Shown here: in pieces, positions 14,001-28,005 of the stretch
Layout: the number at the start of each line of letters is the position of its first letter
Numbering within the stretch: the stretch's first letter is position 1
From: Mustelus asterias
Taxonomy: Eukaryota
Assembly: GCF_964213995.1 (NCBI RefSeq)
Contig: NC_135817.1
Span: 61,628,001-61,692,000, forward strand
Length of the DNA: 64,000 nucleotides
Direction: 5' to 3'
Translations under genes and position numbers: made by a program
Notes under the pieces: model-generated
Told to the model about the DNA's origin: nothing
The model's database searches: none
Seen by the model: only the letters and a program-made list of their open reading frames with translations

Positions 14001-15057
14001 AGGAGGCGTCCTGCCCCACTACCAACAGACACAATGTTTGCCAGGAGGGGAGAGAGAAGAAGTGTGTAATTCACACATGCGGGAAACCCCAACTCAGCAG
14101 GGACCATTGAACTCAGTGCTGAATACAAACTATTTTAGCATTTACAAGGGCCTTAACCCGTAGGAGGAGTCATGGGTTAATGGAGTAGATGTGGAAGGGT
14201 GGATAAAATCTGTTTAACTTTCATGATCTGAAGGGGTTTTTTTTTTAAAATCCCCTGTTCTTTGGTTTGAGAGAAAAACTGACTGCAGGTGTCAGTGGGA
14301 GTTAAATAAAACTATTGTATTGCTTTGATTGACAGGCCAGGCGGTGTAGCATCTGTTCTGAGATGGTTGGGAGTGAGTCAGGAAGTTGGGATGTGAACAT
14401 TTTAGAAATCTCAAACCCAACCTCAAAATGCCTCCAGCAGCCCGCCTTTGGGTTTATTGGAAGCAGGACTGTGGGTGGACAAGATGACTATTCCCAGGCT
14501 ATGAGTTGTCCAGGTAAACAAATCCAGTGGTTAAGGGGGAACTAAGACTGCTGCATGGAATAGTGAAGTGCCTTTCCAGCATAGCCCATGGGCCAAGAGG
14601 TGCAGGATTGTTTTCTCCCAGCATACCAAACCTTCCACCCTGCTCGCCAATGATTGGACCTCCTGGAATCAGAATACACCCCGATATTGGTGGCTAATCT
14701 TGCTCATTCCACAATAATCCCCCATCAGGGCAGTGGGATGAGTTTCAACCCCAACAAATTCCCAGCAATTTCTGGAAGGTCTGGATCCTAAACAAGCTGT
14801 TTCTCCAAAAGAAAGTGAGAACTAAAAATGAGACAAATAAACGAGCATCATTCCTGCACTCCTGCGCACCAATTCAATGCAGTGGAGATTAGGGCACACT
14901 CCGAGGCAATTTTGCTAGTGGCACGGGTTGCAGTTAATTGGGTGGGATGGTACCATGTCGGTTACCAGCTGCCTTCCCACCTCTGCCCCATTTAAGCCCA
15001 GAAAAGCAAACCCCCACGAGACTGCTTGTGGGTTTCCAGGGCAGTCTCTTGCTGTCA

Positions 15058-15248
15058 GACACGGTGGCGTAATGGATTGCACCGCTGCCTCACATCGCCA
15101 GAGACTAGGTTCAATTCCGGCCTTGGGTGACTGTCTGAGATTTGTGGGGTTATGGGGTAGGATCTGGGTAAGATGCTCTGTCAGAGAATCGAGTGCAGAT
15201 TCGATGGGTCGAATGGTCTCCTTCGGCACTGTAGGTAGGAGTCTATGA
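15058..15248 (+). mobile_element. V-SINE, internally deleted, tail A
   Basis: tRNA-like head joined directly to the tail-A segment; V-core missing. Confidence 0.7.
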
Positions 15249-15911
15249 CTCAGTGCCCAACCACGGGGCCTGCCATTGACAAGTGGAAGGGCACTGAGAG
15301 CCACCCTCCTCCCCTCGCTGCTGAGCCCCCTCCATTCTCCGTAACCCCCCTCCTGCAATCACTCACCCCAAGCAACGCGCAGCTGCTGATCTCCAATTGT
15401 CCGGCAGCTCTCAAAGAGTGGGAATTCTGTCCCTGGGGTCCTTGATCCCGGAGAAGGCCCACCTAGTGCCTAATTTGACAGGCTTTCCCAAAAGTGTGAT
15501 ACGGGGCTCTTAGCAGCCAGCGGGCAGGATCCCCATTTACCTACATTAAATTCCACCCTAGAGGGTGGGGAAGATGGAAGAGAGTTCTGCAGTTACTTGG
15601 AAAAAAAATGTTTGAGTCAAAGTTATCAGCACTAGGTTTGTGGATGAATGTATAAAAGAATTATTAACCTGAACCGTCATTTGGATTACTGTATTTACAA
15701 GGATCCAGTAGTTTTAATAGATCCAGGGCCTAAATTTATGCTGAGATACTGGTGAGCAAGACAACGCATTTTTGTTAAACAGCCCAAAAGGAGAGCAATG
15801 AATTTATTTTAAAGAGTGAATGATTCCACCTAAATACTGGAAGCACAAACTTCAAACAAACGTGTCAAGCAACTGAAAGCTATGGCACAACTTCAGGAGC
15901 CTTGTGCTTAC

Positions 15912-16007
15912 CTGCAGCGAGCGGAGCCTCTGGCCCAACCACCACCAGGCCAATGTTGTGATCTTTGCAGTATTGGGCAAGAATTGTATGATTGCTGACA
16001 GATACAG
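15912..16007 (-). CDS. GART: GART coding exon 2 (96 nt)
   Basis: AVSVSNHTILAQYCKDHNIGLVVVGPEAPLAA with the VVGPEAPL motif. CAG acceptor and GTAAG donor; frame is consistent with neighbouring exons. Confidence 0.95.
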
Positions 16008-17175
16008 CTGCAAGGAGAAAAAGAGAAACAACAGTTTTCACAATATATTAAATCATTAAATTATCTTTGCCATCTTGACCTTTTGGCTTTACAGTTTACG
16101 AGAAATAAAATCTCGCATCTTCCCATCAGCAAATATAAGCCAGGACCTCTGGTGTTCGTGAAACCTGAATTAAAAGCCGATGACAATTTAGTGCCCAATT
16201 CATCCAAGGATAGCAGTCAGAGAAGGGCAGCAGTTCGTATTTTTGCCTCTGTTTTATACCCATATTGTTCCACTCTCAAACTCAGGGTGGAATCTTCTGG
16301 CCGTCACGGTAGGGTCGGAGCTGTAAAATACTGCAAGCAAGCCGTTCAAAATTGACTTTGGCGGGACTGGAAAATCCCATCGGCTGGAGGGGCTGTAAAA
16401 TTCTGCCTGTCCTTCCAAGCATTTCCGATTTAGTGGGATTCGTCAAAAGCAACTTTGTGACTTCCTCCAGGGCAAAAGTGTGGGGCAACATTGGTTCAGT
16501 TAGTCTGACACAACCATACATTCATTCAGCATCATCCGTACCCTTAATAAGATTGTATGAAAAGTATTTCTTTGCCCCCAAATGTAACTGCTCTGCTTAT
16601 ATCAAGTGGGTCATTTACTGACCTGTATAGGTTTAAATAGTCAACATCAAAAGGGCTATCTAAAAATCACAGATAACCGAAGGTCTGAATGCAGCAACAT
16701 TGTCGAGGCCAGGTGAACAATGTCAGTGTTTTGCAATAACCCCCTTGGCCCTCAGATTAAAATTGCAAACTCTAACTAACAGGTTAAATATATTTAAGAA
16801 ATGAAAGCTGGAAATCTGAAATAAAAGATTCTCTGATGTTATGCCACACAAGGATAAACTCCCATGACTCAGCATAATTAAATTCTAAATGTGTTAAAAA
16901 CTCAGGACTAAGATTCTAAAATTCCTTAATCTGGAAAGTATTTGTCATAAACACATCCCATGTTCATGGTGATTGGACTCTGGATTGGATATCATCATAT
17001 AGTGACCAAGCATCGGCTCCCACAACCCCACCTCCCATCTTTTTCAAGACAAGGCAATGAAAAACACATTAGGAAGAAGACAGATATGAAGCAGATTCAG
17101 TGTCTAGACTTAATAAGGTAAACACAAACAGTGCCCAAACTTGTGGTCGGCTGCGAAGGGAAAACATGCCCCGCA

Positions 17176-17445
17176 CACTGCTACCTCACAGCACCAGGGA
17201 CCCGAGTTCGATTCCCGGCTTGGGTCACTGTCTGTGTGGAGTTTGCACATTCTCCCCGTGTCTGCGTGGGTTTTCTCCGGGTTCCTCCCACAGTCCAGAG
17301 ATGTGCTAGTTAGGTGCATTGGCCATGCCAAATTCTCCCTCAGTGTACCCGAACAGGCGCCGGAGTGTGGCGACTAGGGGATTTTCACAGTAACTTCATT
17401 ACAGTGTTAATGCAAGACCATTTGTGACTAATAAACAAACTTTAC
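17176..17445 (+). mobile_element. V-SINE, tail B
   Basis: Head, core and tail B present. Confidence 0.88.
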
Positions 17446-18217
17446 TTTAATCTTGAAAACTACAGCCCACAAAGATTTAAGCAGGCTCCACAGCATCAAT
17501 GTTAGCCAGCATGTGCTTCAGAATAAGGGTTCGATTCCCATTCCAGCTGAGGGAGACTTGGGACCTACATCCCGTGCCTGATAGTAGAAGGCAATGACTG
17601 ACAAAACTGCTAAGAAAACAGCTCAGGATGAAGTATCAGCAATTTGGTGGACAAATGGCCTGCCTTTTTTTGATTTGATTTATTGTTGTCATGTGTATTA
17701 GTATACAGGGAAAAGTATTGTTTCTTGTGCGCTAAAACAGACAAGGCAGAGCACACACGAATTAAGAACTTTTAAAAACTCAATTACATTTCATTCAACG
17801 GGACTTAATATTTTCAATGATTTTTACAGCTGAGGATCATGAACAAAAAGTTGAAATTCACGGCAAATCACTAATCGTGTGCTGATTGAATATGTGAAGA
17901 CAGCATCAGCGCACTGTGCAGAGGAGCAAGATACTCCTGACAGCAACTTCTGGATTTCTGTGCTAAACTACTAATGTGCAGATAGCAGGAATTGCTGTCA
18001 GTTTTTACAAAGTAATGATGGTGAACACTGACAGTTGCACTGTCATTGCAACCCCAAATTCCATGCCAATACATTTAGCACATTTAGCTGAAAATGCAAA
18101 AGAATAAAATTAATGATTGATGTTCCTTAATATATCCCCCTTTGTTGGTCAGGATTGGCTATAGCAGTCTTATTATGAATTACTTTTGCATCATCCATCT
18201 TTGGTCTCCTAGTTATA

Positions 18218-18560
18218 ATCATAGAAATCATAGAAACCCTACAGTGCAGAAGGAGGCCATTCGGCCCATCGAGTCTGCACCGACCACAATCCCACCCAGG
18301 CCCTACCCCCACATATTTACCCGCTAATCCCTCTAACCTACGCATCTCAGGACTCTAAGGGGCAATTTTTAACCTGGCCAATCAACCTAACCCGCACATC
18401 TTTGGACTGTGGGAGGAAACCGGAGCACCCGAAGGAAACCCACGCAGACACAAGGAGAATGTGCAAACTCCACACAGACAGTGACCGAAGCCGGGAATCG
18501 AACCCAGGACCCTGGAGCTGTGAAGCAGCAGTGCTAACCACTGTGCTACCGTGCCGCCTA
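18218..18560 (-). mobile_element. V-SINE (HE1-like), full length, tail type A (CR1-like)
   Basis: tRNA-like head with A/B boxes (GGTTAGCAC, GGTTCGATTCC), V-core GGTTTCCTCCCACAGTCCAAAGA, and tail GGCCGAATGGCCTCCTTCTGCACTGTAGGG with TTCTATGA repeats. Confidence 0.9.
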
Positions 18561-18630
18561 AAATGCAGACTATCTGAAATTATTAAAACATGTGTCCAGC
18601 ATGAAACAAAGAAGATATGTTATAATTTCA

Positions 18631-18876
<246 letters not shown>

Positions 18877-19715
18877 TTATGAAAAGGGCCTCTTTCTTAG
18901 TTACACCCAAGAGGCTTGCCCTTTGAAAGTGGCACATCAATTTTCAGTCCTTCATATGCAGTGGCAGAGTTACCAAGATAAATATCAGTCTTCATGTCAC
19001 ACATTTAATTTTATTGCAACAATATTAACAAATAGCACCAATATCAGGCTCACATCTGAATGGAACACATGGAGACTAGTTCGAGCCCACATCTTGAAAA
19101 ATAAAGTATGCTCAAGGCTCAACACGACAGCACATAAAATCAAGAGAGACATTTGTTCTAAATGTAAACAGCAAAGAAAGGGACTTCAGACAAGTTAATT
19201 AAAAACAGACCTCAATAACATTAGCTCTCAAATCTGACCTTCTAAAGCAACCCAAGATAAAACAAGGGACCATCAATAATGGACTGGTGCACTTAAAGAC
19301 TTTTTACCAGCTTTTACAGTTTCTATCAAACAAACCTAAAAAAAATCTGCGAATTTACAAATGATCCCAGACCATGGAGTCCAGTAGCACTCGATTAATC
19401 AACGTTAAAAGGCTAAAAAAGGATGAACACAGAAGGAAACGTTCATTGAGTTTATTTCAAAAGTCGTGCAGGCAGAAAGATCTCATGATATACTCATGAC
19501 TTCCATCACTCATGGATTAATAAACCCTTATCAACAGAATTAGCTCTGTCTGACATTCTAAGTATGGCACGAGTTAGTAAACTTGAATATATAGTCACAG
19601 GATAATTACAGTATGAAGAAGATCACTCTCCCATCTTAATTTATTAAACCCCACATATCCTATAAGGATTCCTAGAATCTGGTAATCTATGCAATAGGCG
19701 TTCAATTTCCCCCCA

Positions 19716-19973
19716 TTCCAGCCTTGGGTGATTGTCTGTGTCGCGTGTGCACATTCTCCCCGTCTCTGTGTGGGTTTCCTCCAGGTGCTCCGGTTTCCTC
19801 CCACAGTCCAAAGGTGTGCAGGTTAGGTGAATTGGCAATGCTAAATTGTCCCTTAGTGTCAGGGGGATGAGCAGGGTAAATAAGTAAGGTACAGGGATAG
19901 GACTGGGTGGGATTGTGATTGGTGCAAACACGATGGACCAAATGGCCTCCTTTTGCACTGCAGGGATTCTATG
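19716..19973 (+). mobile_element. V-SINE (HE1-like), 5'-truncated, tail A
   Basis: Same core and tail as 18218-18560, opposite strand. Confidence 0.88.
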
Positions 19974-20345
19974 TTAGAATGGAACCGGTGACAACTTTGT
20001 ATTGGATGTAATGTGACCAATGATAACAAGCTGTAAGGGTCAGCTGACCCAATAAACCATGGAACCAATTACAGAATGATGTAATAGTCAGCTGACCAAC
20101 TATAAATAAGAACCTGTTTGGAGTTGTGGGGAGCTTGGAGTGCTCCAGAGTGAGGCCCCAAGTTTGCAATAATGAAGTTTCTGTATTAAACCCTTTCTTT
20201 GATTTATAAATTGGAATAAGTTTTGTAGTATTTTTATTGTCTGCATTTGAAGAGTTCCTTCTGAGGTAGCATTCTATGTAAAGCTTTTTTTCCTCCTGTC
20301 TTTTGTCATAAATCAGGCCTTTGAAGATGATTAGTTCTGTGGCAA

Positions 20346-20445
20346 CAAAAACAGAAAATACGGGAAAATCTCAGTAGGTCTGACTGTATCTGTGGAGAGA
20401 GAATAGTGCCAACATTAAGTCTGGATGACTCTTGTCAGAGCCGAA
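20346..20445 (-). mobile_element. Degenerate copy of the short hammerhead-like element family
   Basis: AAATCTCAGTAGGTCTGACTGTATCTGTGGAGAGAGAATAG...GTCTGGATGACTCTTGTCAGAGC, homologous to the 30337 and 58585 copies. Confidence 0.6.
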
Positions 20446-20489
20446 GACAAGGAGATTAGTCCTGTGGCTCCCGCCATGTTTCCTCTAAT

Positions 20490-21195
20490 GGGTATGGATA
20501 GTTAGGTGAGTGGGCCAAATTTGGCAGATGGAATCTAATGTGGATCAGTGTGAGGTTATCACATAATTGCAGTAAATTAATTTGCAGGTGCAGCATGTAA
20601 TAAGGAAGGCAAATATTGCTCATGGAACTGAGTATAAAAATAAGAAAGTGCTGTTGCAACTGTGTAGGGCATTGGTGAGACCACATCTGGAGTGCACAGT
20701 TTTGGTCCCCTTACTTGAGGAATGATGCAAATGCATGATAGGCAGTTCAGAAGGTTCACTAGATTGATTCCAGGGATGAAGGACTTGTCTTATGTAGAGA
20801 GATTGAGAAGTTTCAGCCTTTACTTGCTAGAGTTTAGAAGAATGTGAGGAGATCTAGTTGAGTATAAAAGATGCTGAAGGCGATTGATAGGGTAAATGTA
20901 GAGCCCTTGTTGGATATTCTAGAATGAGAGGCTATAGTTTTAGGCTAAAGGGTGGAAGATTTAAAACAGAAATGAAGACAAATTACTTCACTCAAAATTT
21001 GGAATTCTCTACCCCAGAGTGTAGTGGATGCTGGAACATTAACTAAATTTGAGGAGATAGATAGGTTTTTTAATTAGTAGTGGGATGAAGGGTTATGGGG
21101 AGTGGGCAGGAAGGTGGAGATGAGGCCATGATCGTATTGAATAGCAGAGCAGGCTCGAGGGGCAGAATTGCCAACCCCTGCTCCTAGTTCTTAAA
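20490..21195 (+). mobile_element. CR1 LINE 3' fragment
   Basis: LVRPHLE-like and RRFTRLIPG-like segments and a CR1-type 3' end. Confidence 0.85.
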
Positions 21196-22599
21196 TTTCA
21201 GTGTCTATTTTTTTTGCCAATCAGAACTGGATACAACATTCAAATTGATTTCATGGTCTCTCCGAATTTGATACCATCTCTAAAATTTGATTACTCTTGC
21301 ATTAAGTTTTTGAACTTAAATCATAAAAAAAGATTAATTTTAAAATCAAAGCTATAGAATAGTTACATAAAACATCACCGCCGGAACTTGACCTCTTTAC
21401 CCACCATGGAATCGGAGCAGGCAAGGGGCCGACAATGGAAATGTCCATTGACCTCAGGTGGAAATTTCCAGCCTCGCTCATGCTAGGCCATAAAATCCTG
21501 CCCTACAAATTTGGCCAACATTCTTGCATAATGGTTCCCTTAATCAACTTTGTTCCTTGTAGAATTACATTTCTTCAAACCTGCCAAAACTTACTTGGAA
21601 AAATATAATAGCAACTGCACTGGATTGAAATGCACTACCTGAGAGTTTGGTGGACAGAGGTTTAACCAGGGCTTTCAAAAATGGAATTGCTAAGTACCTG
21701 AAGAGAAAAATGTTGCGGGCTATGGGGAAATGACAGGGGAGTGGGACTAACTGAGTTGCTTTTGCAGAGAGTTGGAATGTCTGCTGACTGTCCTCATTCT
21801 GTACTGTAACCATTCCATGATTCTGTGAACGTTATTAGAGAATGAAATTGCGAACAGAACATTGCATTTACATTGTACCTTTAACACAACAACATCCCAG
21901 GACGCTTCACAGGAGTGTCACGGACAAAATCTGACATCAAGCTGCATAAGGATCTATTGAAAAGCTTGGTCAAATGGGGTTGGCTTTAGAGTGTCACAAG
22001 AGAGGTTTAGAGAGAGAATTCTGGTGCTCAGGGCTCAGACAGTTAGAGGCAGAACCACCAATGTAGGGTGGAAACTGATACACAAGGATAAGAGATCAAA
22101 ATTCGAGACAAGATGGGTTGTATGGCTGGAGGAGTTTAAGGAAATGGGGCAAGACAATGAATGATATACAGTGCTATTGGATCACATGGAGTTTGTAGTC
22201 ACTTGATTCTGAGAGCACATTTAAAACGTGTTCTCAGGGTCTTCTGTATAATGGTCAGAAATAAATGTTATTTATCGTGCCTAATTACGAGAGAAATTAG
22301 GTCTTGTGGTGCAGTGGGTAGGGTCCCTGATCTCAGTCAGAAGCTCTGTTTCATTCCCACTTCAGGACCTGTTGACCATGGAATGTGCGTTCATAACATG
22401 GCCAACAAGGTTGGCTAACCTGAAAACCCTTCCAACATGCCCAAGGTGCGGTAAAAGTGGGAGAGACTCCTTGTCAACCACACTCGATATAGCCAATGGT
22501 TTTAGGCTAGTGGTGTGTTCCAGGAAAAACAAGCTACGAAAACAGATGTAAGCACGTGCTTCGTCTGCCTCATGCTTCTCTAGATGCAAGTAGTCTTGC

Positions 22600-23100
22600 G
22601 AGGCCATAGTCTTAGGATTAGGGCTTGCAAATTTAAAGCAGAGTTGAGGAGAAACTACTTCCCAAAGGGTTGTGAATCTGTGGAATTTGCTACCCCAAAG
22701 TGTGGTGGATGCTGGAATAGTGAGTAAATTTAAGGAGCCGTTAGACAGATTTTTAATTGATAATGGGTTGAAGGGTTATGTGGAGAAGGCAAGAAAACAG
22801 ATGAGGAGCAAATCTTGAACACATTCAATGTTTTGGCATCAACTACTTCCTGTGGTAATGAATTCCACAGGCTCACCACTCTTTGGGTGAAGAAATGTCT
22901 CCTCACCTCTGTCCTAAATGGTCTACCCTGAATCCTCAGTCTGTGACCCCTGGTTCTGGACTCCCCCCATCTTCGGGAATATCCTCCCTGCATCCACCCT
23001 GTCTAGTCCTGTTAGAATTTTATAAGTCTTTGAGATGCCCCCTCATTCATCTGAACTCCAGTGAAAACAGTCCTAACCTAGTCAATCTCTCCTCATACAT
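22600..23100. mobile_element. Two CR1 3' fragments joined tail to tail (+ about 22600-22810, - about 22812-23100)
   Basis: Both cover the RRNFFSQRVVNLWNSLP-type region in opposite orientations. Confidence 0.8.
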
Positions 23101-23644
23101 ATGAACTTATGAACTTATAAGTAACTAAGAATGAGAACAAGTAACATTCAAAACTATGTTGGCTAACTAGTGTAAATGTTAGGTACAGTTTGTCAGTATC
23201 CATGTACATAAACCATGCTGTGGACTTAGGGTAACATCAAATACAACTGATTGCCAGAAGTTTGTTTTAGGAGGGGTATCCAAATTGACTCCTAGGAAAC
23301 TGATGTTTGGAAATTGTGATCGGAGAGTTCTATTTGTGCAAGAAGTCAAAGTGGATTATATAGCCATCAGAAATTACCAGTAGGAGAGAATGAGTGATAA
23401 ATTAGAGGTTCACAGCTTGAGCAGGATATTTTTGGAAAAGGTTTGGAAATATAAATTTCTCTTTTTAACAAGTTTATGAATGCCACTTCAACAACCTGTA
23501 ACAAAACTTTCCACATCCTAACCTCTCAATGTAATTTTTAAAACTACCCCTTCAAACTCTTTTGCGATCATCTTATTATTCTTGTCACTAAGTGTAGCTT
23601 GAAGACCTTTTAAAACAAACAGGAGTAAAATCAAACAACATAAT

Positions 23645-23912
23645 CAGCACAGTGGTTAACAGGGACCCAGGTTCGGTTCCCAGCTTGGGTGACTGTGCAG
23701 AGTCTGCATGTTCTCCCCATGTCTGCATGGGTTTCCACCGGGTGCTCCAATTTCCTCCTACAGTCCAAAAATGTGTGGGTTAGTTTGACTGGCTATGCTA
23801 AATTGTTCCTTGGTGTCAGGTGGGGTTACGGGGATAAGGCCTGGGTGGGATTGTTGTCAGTGCAGGCTTGATGGGCCGAATGGTCTCTTTCTGCACTGTA
23901 GGGATTCTATGA
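23645..23912 (+). mobile_element. V-SINE, tail A
   Basis: Head, core and tail homologous to other copies. Confidence 0.85.
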
Positions 23913-24315
23913 TAATCAGGTAACCCTTAACCTTTACAGCACAAAAAAATCTAAATTATCTCTTCAACCTTGGTGACCCTGGATATTCATCCAGTGAATT
24001 TATCCTGCGACTTGTCCATTGTTTTATTATTTTTCCTATTACAATACTCTAACCAAGTAGGACATATGCATGAGCAATTCTAACAAGGGAAAAGGCACCA
24101 TAAGTACAGTATTAAGTATTCTAACACTGGATAACCAAGCCATGTAAAGTAGCAAGCATCCAGACTTAGTGTTGTTAACTGCGCCCGCCCCATGTATGCA
24201 GTCCTTTTTGTTAAAATACAGGCTACATTACTTCTTACTATTGTACTCACGCGAGTCAATGCAGGGCATTAGGAAATAAATACACTAAAATCAAAAGTGA
24301 TGTTTGCAAACTCAC

Positions 24316-24810
24316 CTACTGATCTTTGAAACAAACACGTGTTGCAACAGCAAAATGAACGCAAGTAAAAATGCACAGACAGTACTCACACAAATGGTAG
24401 CCTGAAAGAGTGGTGGAAATCCTGAACTGCAAGCTGTGGCACAGTGAAATATAATTGAAAAGGGGCGAGGTTTCGCCCCACACACGCCTCCAAGATACTT
24501 TTTAATGTTGCCGCGTCCACATTGTAACCCGAATTAACCGAGAGTGGGGAAATAAAAGTGACGTTTGCAGAACCAGTTCTGTTCCTGTTATTCTGAAAAA
24601 AAAGTTACTATTTAATTAACAAAAGTCAATTATGAACTTAAGGGATTGTGGGTTTTGTAGTTTCCAGCTTGCTCCCTGTCTGGCCACAGTGCAGAGCCGG
24701 AGACTCAGCTACAGTCATTTAACTAGCATGTTGCCGGGGCAATGTTGCTTTGTAATACCACAACGTGCTTAGCTTAGAGTGATGGAGTTTTAGCCTGGGG
24801 GGGCGGGGGT
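24316..24810 (-). promoter_or_regulatory. Probable GART promoter and non-coding first exon
   Basis: Repeat-free, locally CpG-richer. ZNF143/SBS-like ACTACAAAACCCA on minus (24649-24663), RFX X-box-like GTTGCCGGGGCAAT (24730-24743), and a strong minus-strand donor AG|GTGAGT at 24316/24315. Confidence 0.5.
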
Positions 24811-26359
24811 GAAACGTTTAATTGAGATTTTTGTTTTGGCGGATAAGTAGCTGAGATGTTTGCTTGAAAATGAGAAATGTGCAGATCTAAAGGAGGGAGA
24901 GCAGACGCAATGGACCGAATGGCCCCCTTTCAGTGCTGTATGATTCCCCGATGGGTTACCATCTTTGGTCCAGTAGAGGATGGTTTATACAATATTGCCT
25001 ATGCTAAATTCTCCCTCAGTGTACCCGAACAGGTACCGGAGCGTAGCGACTAGGGGACTTCCACAGTAACTTCATTGCAGTGTGAATGTAAGCCTTACTT
25101 GTGACTAATAAATAAACTGTTACTTTTTCTTTTGCTTTTCAGCAGGTTGGAAATGACAACCAGCCTCAATTGTCTAATCAGACCTCAGCTTCTGAATAGG
25201 AATTAGTTGTACCTGAGTGCAGTGGAAAAAATGTCAGTGTTAATGATTATTTTACCATAATTTGTATGGATTATTAATCTGGTGGTACCCCTTTTGTATT
25301 AGTTTTTCATGTACCTTCTCAAATTTGCTATGCTTCTGCTGCCAAGCCTGGCTTGATTCCTTCTTAAATATGCCTATGGTTGCTCCACTGTGTCTCTGTT
25401 GGTCTCCTCCAATGTGCCCCCCACGCTCTCATGATCGTTCAAGAAACAATATTCTTCACTGTATACCAATGCATGTGATAATAAATCAAATCAACTCTTT
25501 CCTTCCAGTACATCCACTGGGGGCTAATCTTACCAATCTCCTTCCCAAATAACACATCCTTCTTGCTGCTGGCCTTGTGCACTCTGCCAATGCATCAGTT
25601 CTCTCCACCCTTCTATCCATCTCCCTCCAAAATGTCTGTAAACAAGGCCCTTGCCAACTATCAACCTATTGTGGATATTTGCATCAATGCCATGGCCTTA
25701 ACGAAAACTTGGCTGAGGGGTGATGAAGAGGGGCTAAACTAGGCTAATAAAACACATATAATCATGGGTTTGACACAATACTGACTTAAGAGTGAATGAT
25801 CTTAGACTATAAAGAGCACTGACAAGAGACTGTCACTATAAAGGACAGCTCTAACTGAATAACAAGTATTTCTCATTTAAAACATGTATTTTGAATTTAT
25901 AGAATGGATGCAGATTGCTTTTAGAATACATTTTGTTAAATTTCAGCCAAACAGCAAGATACAACAGGGTTTGATGGGATGAGGCAGTTAGACAGAGCCT
26001 GCATTGCCTAGGACAATTGTCTTACTGAATGCGGCTACCTTATCAGCAGTTGTTGGGAACAAAATGGCCACCAATGCCAGCTTGATGAATAGAACTACAC
26101 CACTCAAAGCTGAAAACACAGGTGCAAGACAAACATAAGGATTTCTCAGGGTCGGACTAAGGGTCACATGGGTTTGAGTCTGTGGGAACATTGCCTTTAA
26201 CCTTTACTGTCCAGCCTCCTGTGTAGCTAGGCAACCAGGGAAGGTAATATCCAGATATTTTAAGCTAATGAAATCCCATGAGACCAAGGTGTGACTCGTA
26301 ATTGGCTGATATTGATGACAGGGTGAGTCATTGATTGATTTTTAAAGATTTCAGTTTAA

Positions 26360-26645
26360 GTTTATTTTTCAGTGTTGCAAGTCAGCTTACATTAACACTG
26401 CAATGAAGTCACTGTGAAGATCCCCTAGTCACCACACTCCGGCGCCTGTTTGGGTACACTGAGGGAGAATTTAGCATGGCCAATGCACCTAACCAGCATG
26501 TCTTTCAGACTGTGGGAGCAAACCAGAGCACCTAGAGGAAACCCATGCAGACACGGGGAGAATGTGCAGACTCCGCACAGACCAGTCAGGAATCGAACCC
26601 GGGTCCCTGCCGCTGTGAGGAAGCAGTGCTAACTGCTGTGCCATG
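26360..26645 (-). mobile_element. V-SINE, tail B
   Basis: Reverse-complement copy. Confidence 0.88.
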
Positions 26646-27676
26646 GTTAAGTGATTTGTACTCATGTTTACTGGATCATGCCTACCGGAGAGGTGGGAAA
26701 TATGCATAATTGTCCCAACAGAGGCACTGTATTTCAGAGTGATATTGGACTGTCTGGAGACTCCACATGGGTGCTGGGCCTTCTAATATCATTCTTCCAT
26801 TTGATCATTTGGTCAATAAAGACACTTCTTACACCAGGACATCTGCTTCATGAGTTTCTGTCTTCAGCTTAAGTTTTTAGAACCCCCCTATCAAGGGATG
26901 ACAACAACATCCTCTTAACTGAAACCTCCCTGTATCTTCCACCACTTGCTCCATCCAGCTGTGGTGGTCTGGTTCTTATAATTGGATCACACATTGGTCT
27001 GACTCCTTACTCCTCTGGCACCTTCTCCTCTCTTGATCACCTCACCTTGTTCCACCTCTCTCATCTCTCATTTAAAATCATTGTTTTCTACCACCCACTC
27101 ATGTTTCATGCTAAATTTCTCACTGAGATACCTTCACCGCTTTCCTCCCTCAGCCTCTTACTGAGCAACTTCTCATCTTTGGTAACTTCAAGCCCCATCT
27201 GAATTAACCAACTTCTCGCTCCCCACCCTGAATTGACAACTCTCATAGCCTCCCTTAATCTCTCCCTCTATATACTATATAAACTCACCAACAAATATTT
27301 AAGGCCAACCCATTTTATGATGATGGAGAAAAATCCTGGAATTATACAAGAAAAGTTTGGATTTTAAAAAGAACTGAGTTGTATTTTTTTTTTAAATGGA
27401 CCTAGACACCAAAGATGGCTTAAAATGTACAAAAGCCACTGACAGAGGGTTTCTCTAAGGAACAATGGAACCCCTCCCTGTGTTTTCAGTTAAGGTACTT
27501 GTAAAACTATCCAAAGACTGATTAATCTCTGGCAAGGCAAAGGGACATAATCTCTCATCTCCAAGACCCTAGGTATAATGGCCAAGACAAGCTAGTACAT
27601 TCCAGTCTTCGTGGAGTTAAAAGCCTGCTTGTTACCAGTCTGTGTAGCTGTCCATTTAACACTGTGTGTGTGTGTG

Positions 27677-28005
27677 TCATAGAATCATTGAATCCTACAG
27701 TGTAGAAGGAGGCCATTCTGCCCATCGAGTCTGCACTAGCCACAATCCCACCCACACCCTATCTCCATTATCCCACGCATTTACCTCAGTTAGACCCCCT
27801 GACACTAAGGGGCAAGTTAGCATAGTAAATCCACCTAACTCGCACATCTTTGGACTGTGGGAGGAAACCAGAGCACCTGGAGGAAACCCACGCAAATGCA
27901 GGAAGAATGTGCAAACTCCACACAGAGAATGACCCAAGTCGGAAATTGAACCGGGGTCCCTGGCACTGTGAGGCAGCAGTGCTAACCACTGTGCCACCGT
28001 GCTGC
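27677..28005 (-). mobile_element. V-SINE, full length, tail A
   Basis: Reverse complement of the head-core-tail A pattern. Confidence 0.9.

Noticed and set aside
25949-26121. Plus-strand segment with AG/GT boundaries as a possible coding exon (for example SON)
   Set aside because: Stops in all three frames.
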